This document shows, piece by piece, positions 37,814 to 46,986 of a stretch of 64,000 nucleotides of DNA. The notes under the pieces are model-generated. The model ran no database searches and had not been told where the DNA came from. It saw nothing but the letters and a program-made list of their open reading frames with translations. The position numbers and the translations under genes are program-made. Numbering within the stretch: position 1 is the stretch's first letter; the number at the start of each line of letters is the position of its first letter. Origin of the DNA: an uncultured delta proteobacterium (lineage in GTDB: Bacteria; Desulfobacterota; Binatia; Binatales; Binataceae); NCBI GenBank assembly GCA_963842085.1, contig CAWJET010000002.1:672001-736000 (forward strand), written 5' to 3'.

Positions 37814-38995
37814 ATGAACTCGCAGCTCGTACGCCGGGTACTGTTGGTAGTGGTGATCATCGCGGTCGCCGCCGCCGCGATTCCCGGGTTTCACTACTAT
37901 CGCTACCTCGAAAGCCACGTCAGCACCGACGACGCCTATGTCGACGGCACCGTTGCGCTGGTTTCGTCGCGCGTCGCCGGCACGGTGACCAACGTTTACG
38001 TCGAAGACAACTGGACGGTTAAGGAAGGCCAGCTCTTGTTGACGCTGGATCCGCGCGACTTCGACGTCAAGGTTGAGCAGGCCCAGGCTCAGCTCGAACG
38101 CGCCCGGCAATCGGTCGACGAGCTCTACGCGGGGGTGGAAGCGGCGCAGTCGGGCGTGTCGCTCGCAAGGTCGCAGCTCAAGCAGGCGCAGATCGATTTC
38201 GATCGGGCCAAGGCGCTGAAGGAGCAAGGCGTCGTTTCCAGCGAGCAATACGATCAGGCCAACACCGGATTGCGCATCGCGCTCGCCGACGAAGCGCTGG
38301 CGGAGCATCAATTGACCCAGGCCAAGGCCGCGCTCGGCGCCGAAGGCGACGACCATTCGCGCTATGCACGCCCGGTCGTCAAACAGGCCCAAGCGGCTCT
38401 GGAAGCTGCCAAGCTCGATCTAGGCTACACCAGGATCAACGCGCCTTTTGCCGGCGTCGTGACGCATAAGACCGCCCACGTCGGCAATCGCGTCCAGGTT
38501 GGGGAGCCTCTGCTCGCGATCGTCCCGCTCGGCAAGCTCTACCTCACGGCGAATTTCAAGGAGACCCAGCTCACCGATGTGCGCGTCGGGCAGAAAGCGG
38601 AGATCGTCGCCGATATCTATCCCGGCTACACCTACCGGGGACACGTCGATTCGATCAGCATGGGCACCGGCGCCGCCTTCTCGCTGCTGCCGCCCGAGAA
38701 CGCGACCGGAAACTGGGTCAAGGTCGTGCAGCGCGTGCCGGTCAAGATTGTTATCGACGGGCCGGTACCGGAAGACAAACCGCTGCGGCTCGGACTCTCG
38801 GTCGAGGTGGCAATCGACCTGAGCAATCGCAGCGGACCGTTGCTCTCGTCGATGGTGCAGCAGCACTACCAGAGAAACGGCCAGACTCTGCCCAACGAGA
38901 CGCTCGAGACGGCGCCGATGCCGCAGCCCCAGCCTGAACCGTCGCCCGACACCGGAACGCAGCAGCATTTTATGAATCCGTTGTCGCCGCACTGA
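37814..38995 (+). CDS. EmrA/HlyD family membrane fusion protein
   Basis: STDDAYV, ANFKETQL, TGAAFSLLPPENATGNWVKVVQRVPV. Confidence 0.93.
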   Translation: MNSQLVRRVLLVVVIIAVAAAAIPGFHYYRYLESHVSTDDAYVDGTVALVSSRVAGTVTNVYVEDNWTVKEGQLLLTLDPRDFDVKVEQAQAQLERARQSVDELYAGVEAAQSGVSLARSQLKQAQIDFDRAKALKEQGVVSSEQYDQANTGLRIALADEALAEHQLTQAKAALGAEGDDHSRYARPVVKQAQAALEAAKLDLGYTRINAPFAGVVTHKTAHVGNRVQVGEPLLAIVPLGKLYLTANFKETQLTDVRVGQKAEIVADIYPGYTYRGHVDSISMGTGAAFSLLPPENATGNWVKVVQRVPVKIVIDGPVPEDKPLRLGLSVEVAIDLSNRSGPLLSSMVQQHYQRNGQTLPNETLETAPMPQPQPEPSPDTGTQQHFMNPLSPH

Positions 38996-39091
38996 CCGCC
39001 GCTCACCTGACACGAGTGTCAGTTCAATTGCGCCGAATTCCCTCGTGTACTACGCTGCGGTTCGCGCGGACTTTCCGCCCGCGTCTATCCG

Positions 39092-40177
39092 ATGCTCGAC
39101 CCCCGCGACATTGCGCAGCGCCTCTCCGCCCACCTTGGCGCACCGGTCGCGCGCCTGAGCATCCTTGCCAGCGGATGGGAAACCACGGTCTTCGAGTTTA
39201 CGCTCGAGGCGCCGTCGAAATCGTTGGCGACCTTACCGATTGGCGAGCCGATGGTTTTGCGCTTCTACCAGGGCTCCGCCGCCGACGCCAAAGGCGCTCG
39301 CGAACACACCACTATCGCTCGCCTGTTCGCGGCCGGCTATCCCGTCCCGCGTCCCTACGCCTTTGAGCCCGACCATCGCTCGTTGGGCGCGCCGTTTCTG
39401 ATCATGCAGCGCCTGGCGGGCGGCCCGCTGTTCGCGGTTCGCAGCTTTCCGAGCGCGTTCAAGACCTTCTCGATGGCATTTTTTTCGTTCGTCCGCACGC
39501 AGTCGCGACTCCACAAATTCGATCCCGCGAGCGCGGGCCTGCGCGAGATTCCGCGCGCTTATGCGCCGGTCGGTGAAAGCACCGCCGACTCGCCGCTGCT
39601 CGATCGCGTGCTCGCGATCATCGCCAATCGCGTCGAGACCGGCCCGCTGCCCGGCCTTCGCGAGGCGCTCAACCTCGTCACCGAACGGGCGCCCAAGTTC
39701 CGCCGCAGCCCGGATTCGGTGGTGCACATGGACTATCATCCGCTCAACGTGATGGTGCAGGGGGTGAGCGTGACCGGCGTGATCGATTGGGTGAATACCG
39801 ATGTCGGCGATCGCCATCTCGACGCGGCGATGACCAGCGTGATTCTGGCGTCGTCGGCGCTGGAGAAGCCGCGATGGATGCGCGACAACGTCGTCGGCAA
39901 CGGCCTTCGCGCGAGCTTCGCGGCGCTGTACATGCCGCTCTACCATGCGATGACGCCGATGGATTTCCAGCGCTTCCGTTACTGCCAGGCGGTCGCGGCC
40001 CTGCTGCGGCTCTCGATGCTCGGGATGATGCGCGCGCGGGGTCCGGAGGCCGTGGGCTTTCGCCGCGAGGCGATCAACGAAGTCACGCCCGCGGTCGTCA
40101 GACTGCTCAGCCGCTACGCCACCCGCAAGAGCGGTGCCTCGGTCCGCCTTGACGCGCCCGCGCCGCAGCCGGCGTGA
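39092..40177 (+). CDS. APH/choline-kinase-like phosphotransferase
   Basis: GYPVPRP, VHMDYHPLNV (Brenner motif), VIDW. Confidence 0.85.
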   Translation: MLDPRDIAQRLSAHLGAPVARLSILASGWETTVFEFTLEAPSKSLATLPIGEPMVLRFYQGSAADAKGAREHTTIARLFAAGYPVPRPYAFEPDHRSLGAPFLIMQRLAGGPLFAVRSFPSAFKTFSMAFFSFVRTQSRLHKFDPASAGLREIPRAYAPVGESTADSPLLDRVLAIIANRVETGPLPGLREALNLVTERAPKFRRSPDSVVHMDYHPLNVMVQGVSVTGVIDWVNTDVGDRHLDAAMTSVILASSALEKPRWMRDNVVGNGLRASFAALYMPLYHAMTPMDFQRFRYCQAVAALLRLSMLGMMRARGPEAVGFRREAINEVTPAVVRLLSRYATRKSGASVRLDAPAPQPA

Positions 40178-40231
40178 GTCGCGTTTGGGCAGTCATCTAC
40201 TGCCAGCGGGAGTACTCAAATCTTTAGCTCG

Positions 40232-41071
40232 TCACTTAAGGAAGAGGAACGTCACGCTCACGCGCGCTATCCACTGCGGTGCGCCATCCGGACGCTTTAG
40301 AAGGTCGTACGCGCCGAGCTGCAGACTCAGACTCTGGGAGCCGATATTGAAAGCCCTGCCGACATCGGCGCCCATCGGAATCGTCCACGCGTTGGCGGTA
40401 TCTGCGGTCCAATCGTAGGTCATCTGCGGATCGATGTCGGCGTACCATCCGCTCTCGAGGTTGTAGCTGATCATCGGCTCGATGTAGGTCTGATTCACGC
40501 TCCCGCGCTCGCGATTTCCGGCAAACGACAGCAGTTGGTCGGTGAGGATGGCGTTGAGCCACGGGCCCTCCGAGTACACAAGGGCCGCAGTTGGTCCGGC
40601 TGACCAGCGGCCGGTTCCCAATTCCGAGCTGCTGGCAGTGGGGAAGTCGAAGATCGGACCCACGCCCCAGATCCACGTGGCCGCGTTGTGCGGCGTTAGA
40701 AAAAAAGAAGTCTCGAAGTCTTCCAGCCCGGATTGTTCATGCGGAGTGGGGGCGTAAGCGACGGTCAGGCTCGGCCGTGCGAACAGGTCCCAATCCGCAT
40801 TCAGCGAGAACGGCAGTAACGGCTCGATGTTCCAGGCGTCGCCGGCCTTATGATGCGGACCTAGTTGAAATCCGGTCGTGGACTGAATCGGAACTTTGAC
40901 GAAATCCTCGAACGGATTGTGGACGGCAATTGCCAGCTCCTGATCGCTCATGGCGCTCGCCGGCGACGGTGCAGACGTCGAGGCTTGTTGCGCGTAGGTG
41001 GACGCCGCCAGAAAGGCGCTCAGCAGCAAGCCCAATACAGTGGCGGAGGGCAGAAGTTGCAAACTCAGCAC
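40232..41071 (-). CDS. Outer-membrane beta-barrel protein (MetA-pathway/SphA-like family); start uncertain
   Basis: Signal peptide, NPF..VPIQ, WGVGP..FPTAS..LGTG.WS.GP, C-terminal FLFLK. Confidence 0.7.
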   Translation of the reverse strand: MLSLQLLPSATVLGLLLSAFLAASTYAQQASTSAPSPASAMSDQELAIAVHNPFEDFVKVPIQSTTGFQLGPHHKAGDAWNIEPLLPFSLNADWDLFARPSLTVAYAPTPHEQSGLEDFETSFFLTPHNAATWIWGVGPIFDFPTASSSELGTGRWSAGPTAALVYSEGPWLNAILTDQLLSFAGNRERGSVNQTYIEPMISYNLESGWYADIDPQMTYDWTADTANAWTIPMGADVGRAFNIGSQSLSLQLGAYDLLKRPDGAPQWIARVSVTFLFLK

Positions 41072-41087
41072 TTCAAGTTGGCTCGTG

Positions 41088-42203
41088 CTAAGGGCTGCCG
41101 AACCACTTGTTGTAGATTTGCTGATAGGTGCCGTTCTCACGAAGCGCGATCAACGCAAGATTGATCTTTCTGCGCAGCGGGCTGTCCAGCTGCACCATGA
41201 TCGCGGCCGGCGCGGTATTAAATTCGGGACCGACAGTCTTCACCTGTCCCTTTCCCTCATGAGCTGCGTAGTAGAGGAGTAGGGGCGCGGGCAGGACTAC
41301 CGCATCCACTTTCTTGTCCAAGAGAGCTTTGTACACTTCATCGGGCGTCGCGAACTCCAGCACCTGTGCGTTCTGTGCTCGAAGATAATCTGCGGCGGTG
41401 CTGCTCGCTATCGTCGCGACCTGCTTGCCCGGCAAATCGCCCGGCCCCTCGATAGCGCCGCGAATCTGCTCGACGGTCAAGGTGGTCGTCAGCTGGGCGG
41501 TATAGAACGCAACGAAAACCACACCAGCGAATATCCAGAAGATTGCGAATGTGCGAGCCACCCATTGATGCGGCATCCCCTCCGGTGATCCCGTCAGCGT
41601 CGAAATCGCCCAAAAGAATGCCTCGAAGATTCCCGGAAAATAGTTCGGGCTCGAGATGATTCCATTCGGGCGGCGCCGTTCGAACAGCCATACGAGATGG
41701 GCCGGGATCAGGACGAGCAGCAGGGCGATGCCGAGCCACACTATGGTCGTTCGCGAAAACAGCAGACGGAGCATGTCCCAAACCGGGCTTGCGGTTTCTG
41801 CTTTCTCGCCAGTATCGCGCACCATGATTTGCAAGCCGGCTTGCAATGTTGGGATCGAAAAATCGAAATCCGTGTCACGCGCCGAAGTTATAAAGAGGCC
41901 GACGGTGAGGTCGGCGTTTTTGGACCGCAACGCTTCTTCCAAATGGCTAACGTCGGGCACGATCTCATAGCTCGTCTTTACCTTCAGCCGAGCGGCAATC
42001 GCGTTCCAAAGATCGATGCTGAATCCGGTCAGGGTGCCGTTCAGTTCCATAACGCTGGGTGGAGCAACGAACGTCGCCACACGAAGCTCCGGGGTTTCGG
42101 CTGGCGCAGAGGCGGCCGAGGAACTGACGGTTTGCGAATAGGCAGGAGCCGCGAGGACAGCGCCGATCGTCGCGACCGCGAGCATAGAAAGTCCCTTCTT
42201 CAA
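41088..42203 (-). CDS. GluR0-like ligand-gated ion channel (split periplasmic binding domain + M1-P-M2)
   Basis: S1 PP..GFSIDLW..IT..R..DFS.P; M1 ..VWLFER; P helix AFFWAISTLT; M2 FYTAQLTTTLT; S2 ..NGTYQQIYNKWF. Confidence 0.85.
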   Translation of the reverse strand: MKKGLSMLAVATIGAVLAAPAYSQTVSSSAASAPAETPELRVATFVAPPSVMELNGTLTGFSIDLWNAIAARLKVKTSYEIVPDVSHLEEALRSKNADLTVGLFITSARDTDFDFSIPTLQAGLQIMVRDTGEKAETASPVWDMLRLLFSRTTIVWLGIALLLVLIPAHLVWLFERRRPNGIISSPNYFPGIFEAFFWAISTLTGSPEGMPHQWVARTFAIFWIFAGVVFVAFYTAQLTTTLTVEQIRGAIEGPGDLPGKQVATIASSTAADYLRAQNAQVLEFATPDEVYKALLDKKVDAVVLPAPLLLYYAAHEGKGQVKTVGPEFNTAPAAIMVQLDSPLRRKINLALIALRENGTYQQIYNKWFGSP

Positions 42204-42284
42204 CGAGCGCCCCTTTCTCGCATTTTTCTCTCCGCGGATTTTGATAAATCGAGCCGGCTCTATGTCCGGGTTTTGGTTCAGCTC

Positions 42285-42440
42285 TTAGTAAGCCAATCCA
42301 GCTCTCAGCGCAAACAGCGTCGTGAACGCTTCGTTCACTTCGCGCAAGTCGATCTGAACGCTCGGCCGGTTCTCCATGCGACGAATCCAATTGTGTAGTC
42401 GCTGCCAGCTCGTATCCGGGTTCGGCGCTCTCAATTGACA
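42285..42440 (-). pseudogene. C-terminal relic resembling a glutathione S-transferase
   Basis: Manual translation APNPDTSWQRLHNWIRRMENRPSVQIDLREVNEAF..*; no N-terminal domain. Confidence 0.4.
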
Positions 42441-42470
42441 ACGCAGCGGGGAACACTGACACTGACCGCC

Positions 42471-43055
42471 ATGCGATTTGCTGTCATCTGTATCCTGGTG
42501 TCTGTGTTGATCCCCTCAATAACGCCGGCGCAGGAGGTTCCTGTTTTTGCGATTACGCCGGTAGAAAGTTCGATTAAGTTCGACGTGGAAGCGTCGGTGA
42601 CTATCAAGGGCACTTTCGACAAGTGGAGCGCCGCTCTGACATTTACGTCACCGGACGTGACGACAGGGGTATTGGACGTCGAGATTCAGGCTGCCACCGT
42701 CGATACCGGAAGCGGCATCAAGAATAGCAAGCTGAAGGGCCCGGACTTCTTCGATGTCGTCCAGAATCCGCTGATCACGTTTAAATCAACGAAACTAGTG
42801 CAGACAGGTCCTAACACTTTCGAGGTGGATGGCAACTTTACGATTCGCGGTGTTACAAGATCCGAGAAGCTGACGCTGACGGTGTCCGGCAAGGGTACCG
42901 GTTCAGGCACGATTAGCGGGATACTGTACTTCGACCGTAAGGACTACGGAATGAACAGCGGCATCCCGTTCATCAAGATTGCCAACCGGGTCGAGGTGAA
43001 CGTCGCCCTCAAGGGGACTCGAGTCAGCGGGCCTCCGTTGGTCTTCAAGCAGTAG
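42471..43055 (+). CDS. YceI family lipid/polyisoprenoid-binding protein
   Basis: SSIKF..GTF..TVDTG..LKGPDFFDV..P.ITF.S..GNFTIRGVT..DRKDYG; signal peptide. Confidence 0.88.
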   Translation: MRFAVICILVSVLIPSITPAQEVPVFAITPVESSIKFDVEASVTIKGTFDKWSAALTFTSPDVTTGVLDVEIQAATVDTGSGIKNSKLKGPDFFDVVQNPLITFKSTKLVQTGPNTFEVDGNFTIRGVTRSEKLTLTVSGKGTGSGTISGILYFDRKDYGMNSGIPFIKIANRVEVNVALKGTRVSGPPLVFKQ

Positions 43056-43075
43056 CCAGCCTGGCAGATTTGAGC

Positions 43076-44005
43076 TTACTGGCTGAAATAGTCTCTAACC
43101 TGCGGGAACGCGACGGTCAGACCGAAATTGATCGTTGTCTGAGGAGCGATCGAAGCGTACTGCCGATACGCCATCCACTGTCCCGTGACAAAGATACTCA
43201 TGGGTGGGAGGCCCGGACGCACAATCGTTCGTCCGAGGCCGATGCTCAGCGGCAACGTCGTGGGGTAATGACGACGCCAACCCATCGCCCAGTTGGCCTC
43301 CGCCGATCGCAGGTACCATTTGTCCCACAGATGAAGCGCGAAGACGGGTTGGAACTGAAATGTATTCTGCGGCAGACGATTCGGCGATGTGTACGCGAAG
43401 GAGACGGGGTTCTGCGCAATGAAACCGACCAGCAGTCCAGGGATGCCAGTGTAAATTGCGCCGAGCGCCGGACCGGCTTGCCACGCGCCCTGGCCAGCGC
43501 TTTTGGAAGTTGCGGTGGGAAACACAAAAGTCGGCCCGACACCGATCAGGAGCCCGGTTTTCTGCCTGTCGGGCCACGGCAGTACTGCAACATCGAAGAC
43601 AGGCAGGTCGCCGAACTCGGTCCGCGTGCCGCCTCGGGAGCTTTGTACTGTTACCACTGCAAATGTTGGGCGGATCAGCTGCGAAAACGGCAACAAGGAC
43701 TCAGGTGGTATGCGCGGGATCAATGGCCGAACGAGGACTTGGTTGGTCTGGTAATCTCTGAGGCATACTTGGGACGTGCAAGGTCCCGGTCCATAGTTGG
43801 CCGGAGTGTAGCTATCCCGGACGAGGATCTGTGGCAGAGTCGAAAGCGGGTCGGTGAAGTCCCGTTCCAGTTTCTCCTCCTCAGATAGAGCAGATGTCGC
43901 TGTTTGAGTCTGAGCGTACCCGACAACCGGCGCCGTCATAATCCATAGGGCGACCAACAGGAGCGAGCACGACGCGGCAGTCCGAACTGTGGACCTAGGA
44001 TTCAA
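43076..44005 (-). CDS. Second outer-membrane beta-barrel of the same family as 40232-41071 (probable TTG start)
   Basis: DPLSTL, FGD, GVGPTFVFPTAT..GQGAWQAGP; signal peptide; GAGG upstream of TTG 44005. Confidence 0.7.
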   Translation of the reverse strand: MNPRSTVRTAASCSLLLVALWIMTAPVVGYAQTQTATSALSEEEKLERDFTDPLSTLPQILVRDSYTPANYGPGPCTSQVCLRDYQTNQVLVRPLIPRIPPESLLPFSQLIRPTFAVVTVQSSRGGTRTEFGDLPVFDVAVLPWPDRQKTGLLIGVGPTFVFPTATSKSAGQGAWQAGPALGAIYTGIPGLLVGFIAQNPVSFAYTSPNRLPQNTFQFQPVFALHLWDKWYLRSAEANWAMGWRRHYPTTLPLSIGLGRTIVRPGLPPMSIFVTGQWMAYRQYASIAPQTTINFGLTVAFPQVRDYFSQ

Positions 44006-44098
44006 CAACCGCCTCGACCCGCTCCTCTCGGACTGCCCTGACGAACGCCCGATAATCGCGCTGATTCTGGTCGGCATAATCGACCGCGAAACTGAAGA
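43995..44098 (-). pseudogene. C-terminal relic of a DUF2252 family gene
   Basis: LFSFAVDYADQNQRDYRAFVRAVREERVEA* matches the recalled DUF2252 tail (FA..YADQN.RDY..F..AV); the rest of the gene is absent. Confidence 0.65.
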
Positions 44099-44182
44099 GG
44101 CCCGCCCCTGCGGCGAACGGCGCCCCCAGCGTCTCGACCCTTACCGGCGCCGCCGGTAGCCACATGCAGTAAACGCGACCTC

Positions 44183-46948
44183 TCACGCGCGAATCAACTC
44201 GCGCAGCACGAACGGCAGAATCCCGCCGTGCCGTAGGTACTCGACTTCCTCGGGAGTGTCCGCGCGCAGCGTGGCTTCGAACTCGGTCGTCTTGCCGCCG
44301 CTTGATTCCGCGCGCAGCTTCAGCGTCTGACGCGGTTTGATTCCCGCCTTCAGTCCCGTGATCGAAAATACTTCCTGCCCTGTGAGCCCGAGCTTCTGCC
44401 GATTCTCGCCGCTCTTGAACTCCAGCGCCAGCACGCCCATCCCAATCAGGTTGCTGCGATGGATTCGTTCGAAGTTCTCGGCAATCACCGCACGCACGCC
44501 GAGCAGTTGCACGCCCTTGGCGGCCCAATCGCGCGACGAACCCGTGCCGTATTCCTTGCCCGCGATCACGATCAGCGGAACGCCTTCCTTGCGGTAGCGC
44601 TCCGACGCCTCGAAAATCGTCATCTTCTCGCCGTCCGGCTGATGCGCGGTGAAGCCGCCTTCGACGCCCGGCACCATCAGGTTCTTGAGCCGGATATTCG
44701 CGAGAGTCCCGCGCATCATCACTTCATGATTTCCGCGCCGCGCCCCGTACGAGTTAAAGTCCCTGGGCTGCACGCCCCGCTCGATCAGGTACTTGCCCGC
44801 CGGACTGTCCGCCGCGATCGAGCCCGCCGGCGAAATGTGATCCGTCGTCACGCTGTCGCCCAGCACCGCCAGCGCCCGCGCTCCGCTGATATCCGAGAAC
44901 TCGCCAACTGTTGCGGTCACGCCGTCGAAAAACGGTGGCGCCTTCACGTACAGCGAATCCTTCTCCCAGCGGAACAGGTTGCCTTCCGGAACAGCGAGGC
45001 TCCTCCATCGCTCGTCGCCGTCGAACACCTGGCCGTACTCGCTCTTGAACATCGCGGCGTGAACTGAACCAGCCACCGCCGCCGCGACTTCATCCTGCGA
45101 CGGCCAGACGTCGCGCAGAAAAACCGGCCGCCCGTCGGAACCGGTGCCGAGCGGCTGATGCTCCACGTCGATATCCATCGTGCCCGCAATCGCGTACGCG
45201 ACCACCAGCGGCGGCGACGCCAGGTAGTTGAACCGCACCACCGGGTTGATGCGTCCCTCGAAATTGCGATTGCCGCTCAGGATCGCGCACGCCACCAGGT
45301 TGCCCTGCTTCACCGCGCCGGCGATCGCCTCCGCGACCGGCCCGCTGTTGCCAATGCAAGTCGTGCATCCGTAACCGACCAGGTTGAAGCGCAGCTTCTC
45401 GAGCGACTCCGTCAACCCCGCGCGCTTCAAGTACTGCGTAACGACCTTGGAGCCGGGCGCCAGGCTGGTCTTCACCCACGGCTTGACGGTCAGCCCGCGC
45501 GCGACCGCGTTGCGCGCCAGAAGCCCCGCCGCGAGCATCACCGACGGATTCGACGTGTTGGTGCAGCTCGTGATCGCGGCTATCACGATCGAGCCGTGGG
45601 TCAACGGAAACCGCCTTCCCTCGGAATTCACTTCGACTTTGTGCGCGATATGGCCGAGCTTCGATTCGAGTACTGTCCCCTCGCCTGCGACCGCGCCGTT
45701 GCCGCCTTCGGCCACCCACTTCGCCAGCTCGGCGCGATCGACGCTCGGATGCTCCTCGAATTCCTTGGCCAACTCGCGCCGGAAATCGCTCTTGGCCGAC
45801 GTGAGCGCGACTCGATCCTGCGGACGCCGCGGTCCCGCCATGCTCGGCACCACGCTGCCGAGATCGAGTTCGAGCGTGTCGGAAAATTTCGGCTCGGGCG
45901 CATCGGGAGAATTAAACAGTCCTTGCGCCTTGCAGTAGGCTTCGATCAGCTGGATCTGCTTGTCGCTCCGGCCCGTCAGCCGCAGGTAAGCGAGCGTCTG
46001 ATCGTCGACCGGGAAATATCCCATCGTCGCGCCGTACTCGGGCGACATATTGCCGAGCGTCGCGCGATCGGCGACCGGCAGTGACGCAAGCCCCGGCCCG
46101 AAGTATTCGACAAACTTGCCGACCACACCCTTGCGGCGCAGCATCTGCGTGACCGTCAGCACCAGGTCGGTCGCGGTCGCGCCCGGCCGCAGGCTGCCCG
46201 CCAGGCGAAACCCGATTACTTCGGGAATCAGCATCGGCACCGAGCGCCCGAGCATCGCGGCTTCGGCTTCGATTCCGCCAACGCCCCATCCGACGACGCC
46301 GAGACCGTTGATCATCGTCGTATGCGAGTCGGTGCCAATCACGGTGTCCGGATACGCTTCGCCGTTCTTGGACGAGAAGACCACCGGCGCGAGATATTCG
46401 AGATTCACCTGGTGAACGATCCCGGTGTCGGGCGGCACGACGCGGAAGTTGTCGAAGGCGCCCTGCCCCCAGCGCAGAAAGAGATAGCGCTCGCGGTTGC
46501 GCTCGAACTCCATCCGCGCGTTGGCCGCGAACGCGTCGGCGTTGCCAAACGAATCGACCTGCACCGAATGATCGATCACCAAATCCACCGGCTGCAGCGG
46601 GCTGATCTTGCCGGGATTACCGCCGAGCTTCTTGATCGCGTCGCGCATCACCGCCAGGTCCGCCACCACCGGCACGCCCGTGAAATCCTGCAGCAGCACA
46701 CGCGCCGGCATGAACGAGACTTCGCGCTCGCCGCCCTTGCCATTCCATCGAGCCAGCGCCTCGATCTGCGCGGCCGTCACGATCGCGCCGTCCTCGCGCC
46801 GCAACACGTTCTCGATCATCACCTTGATCGAATACGGCATCCGCGCCAACGAGAAGCCGCGCTTCTCGAGCGCTTCGAGCTTGAAGATCGTGTAGTTGTT
46901 GCCTTCGACTGAAAGCGTCGCGCGAGCACCAAAACTGTTTGTCGCCAC
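44183..46948 (-). CDS. acnA: Aconitate hydratase A
   Basis: LQDFTGVP, DHSVQVD, AITSCTNTSNP, GYGCTTCIGNSG, GSSRDWAAKG; probable GTG start at 46948. Confidence 0.97.
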   Translation of the reverse strand: MATNSFGARATLSVEGNNYTIFKLEALEKRGFSLARMPYSIKVMIENVLRREDGAIVTAAQIEALARWNGKGGEREVSFMPARVLLQDFTGVPVVADLAVMRDAIKKLGGNPGKISPLQPVDLVIDHSVQVDSFGNADAFAANARMEFERNRERYLFLRWGQGAFDNFRVVPPDTGIVHQVNLEYLAPVVFSSKNGEAYPDTVIGTDSHTTMINGLGVVGWGVGGIEAEAAMLGRSVPMLIPEVIGFRLAGSLRPGATATDLVLTVTQMLRRKGVVGKFVEYFGPGLASLPVADRATLGNMSPEYGATMGYFPVDDQTLAYLRLTGRSDKQIQLIEAYCKAQGLFNSPDAPEPKFSDTLELDLGSVVPSMAGPRRPQDRVALTSAKSDFRRELAKEFEEHPSVDRAELAKWVAEGGNGAVAGEGTVLESKLGHIAHKVEVNSEGRRFPLTHGSIVIAAITSCTNTSNPSVMLAAGLLARNAVARGLTVKPWVKTSLAPGSKVVTQYLKRAGLTESLEKLRFNLVGYGCTTCIGNSGPVAEAIAGAVKQGNLVACAILSGNRNFEGRINPVVRFNYLASPPLVVAYAIAGTMDIDVEHQPLGTGSDGRPVFLRDVWPSQDEVAAAVAGSVHAAMFKSEYGQVFDGDERWRSLAVPEGNLFRWEKDSLYVKAPPFFDGVTATVGEFSDISGARALAVLGDSVTTDHISPAGSIAADSPAGKYLIERGVQPRDFNSYGARRGNHEVMMRGTLANIRLKNLMVPGVEGGFTAHQPDGEKMTIFEASERYRKEGVPLIVIAGKEYGTGSSRDWAAKGVQLLGVRAVIAENFERIHRSNLIGMGVLALEFKSGENRQKLGLTGQEVFSITGLKAGIKPRQTLKLRAESSGGKTTEFEATLRADTPEEVEYLRHGGILPFVLRELIRA

Positions 46949-46986
46949 GAGTTCAGAATAGCGCGCGAGCGCGCCCAAGCAACCGG

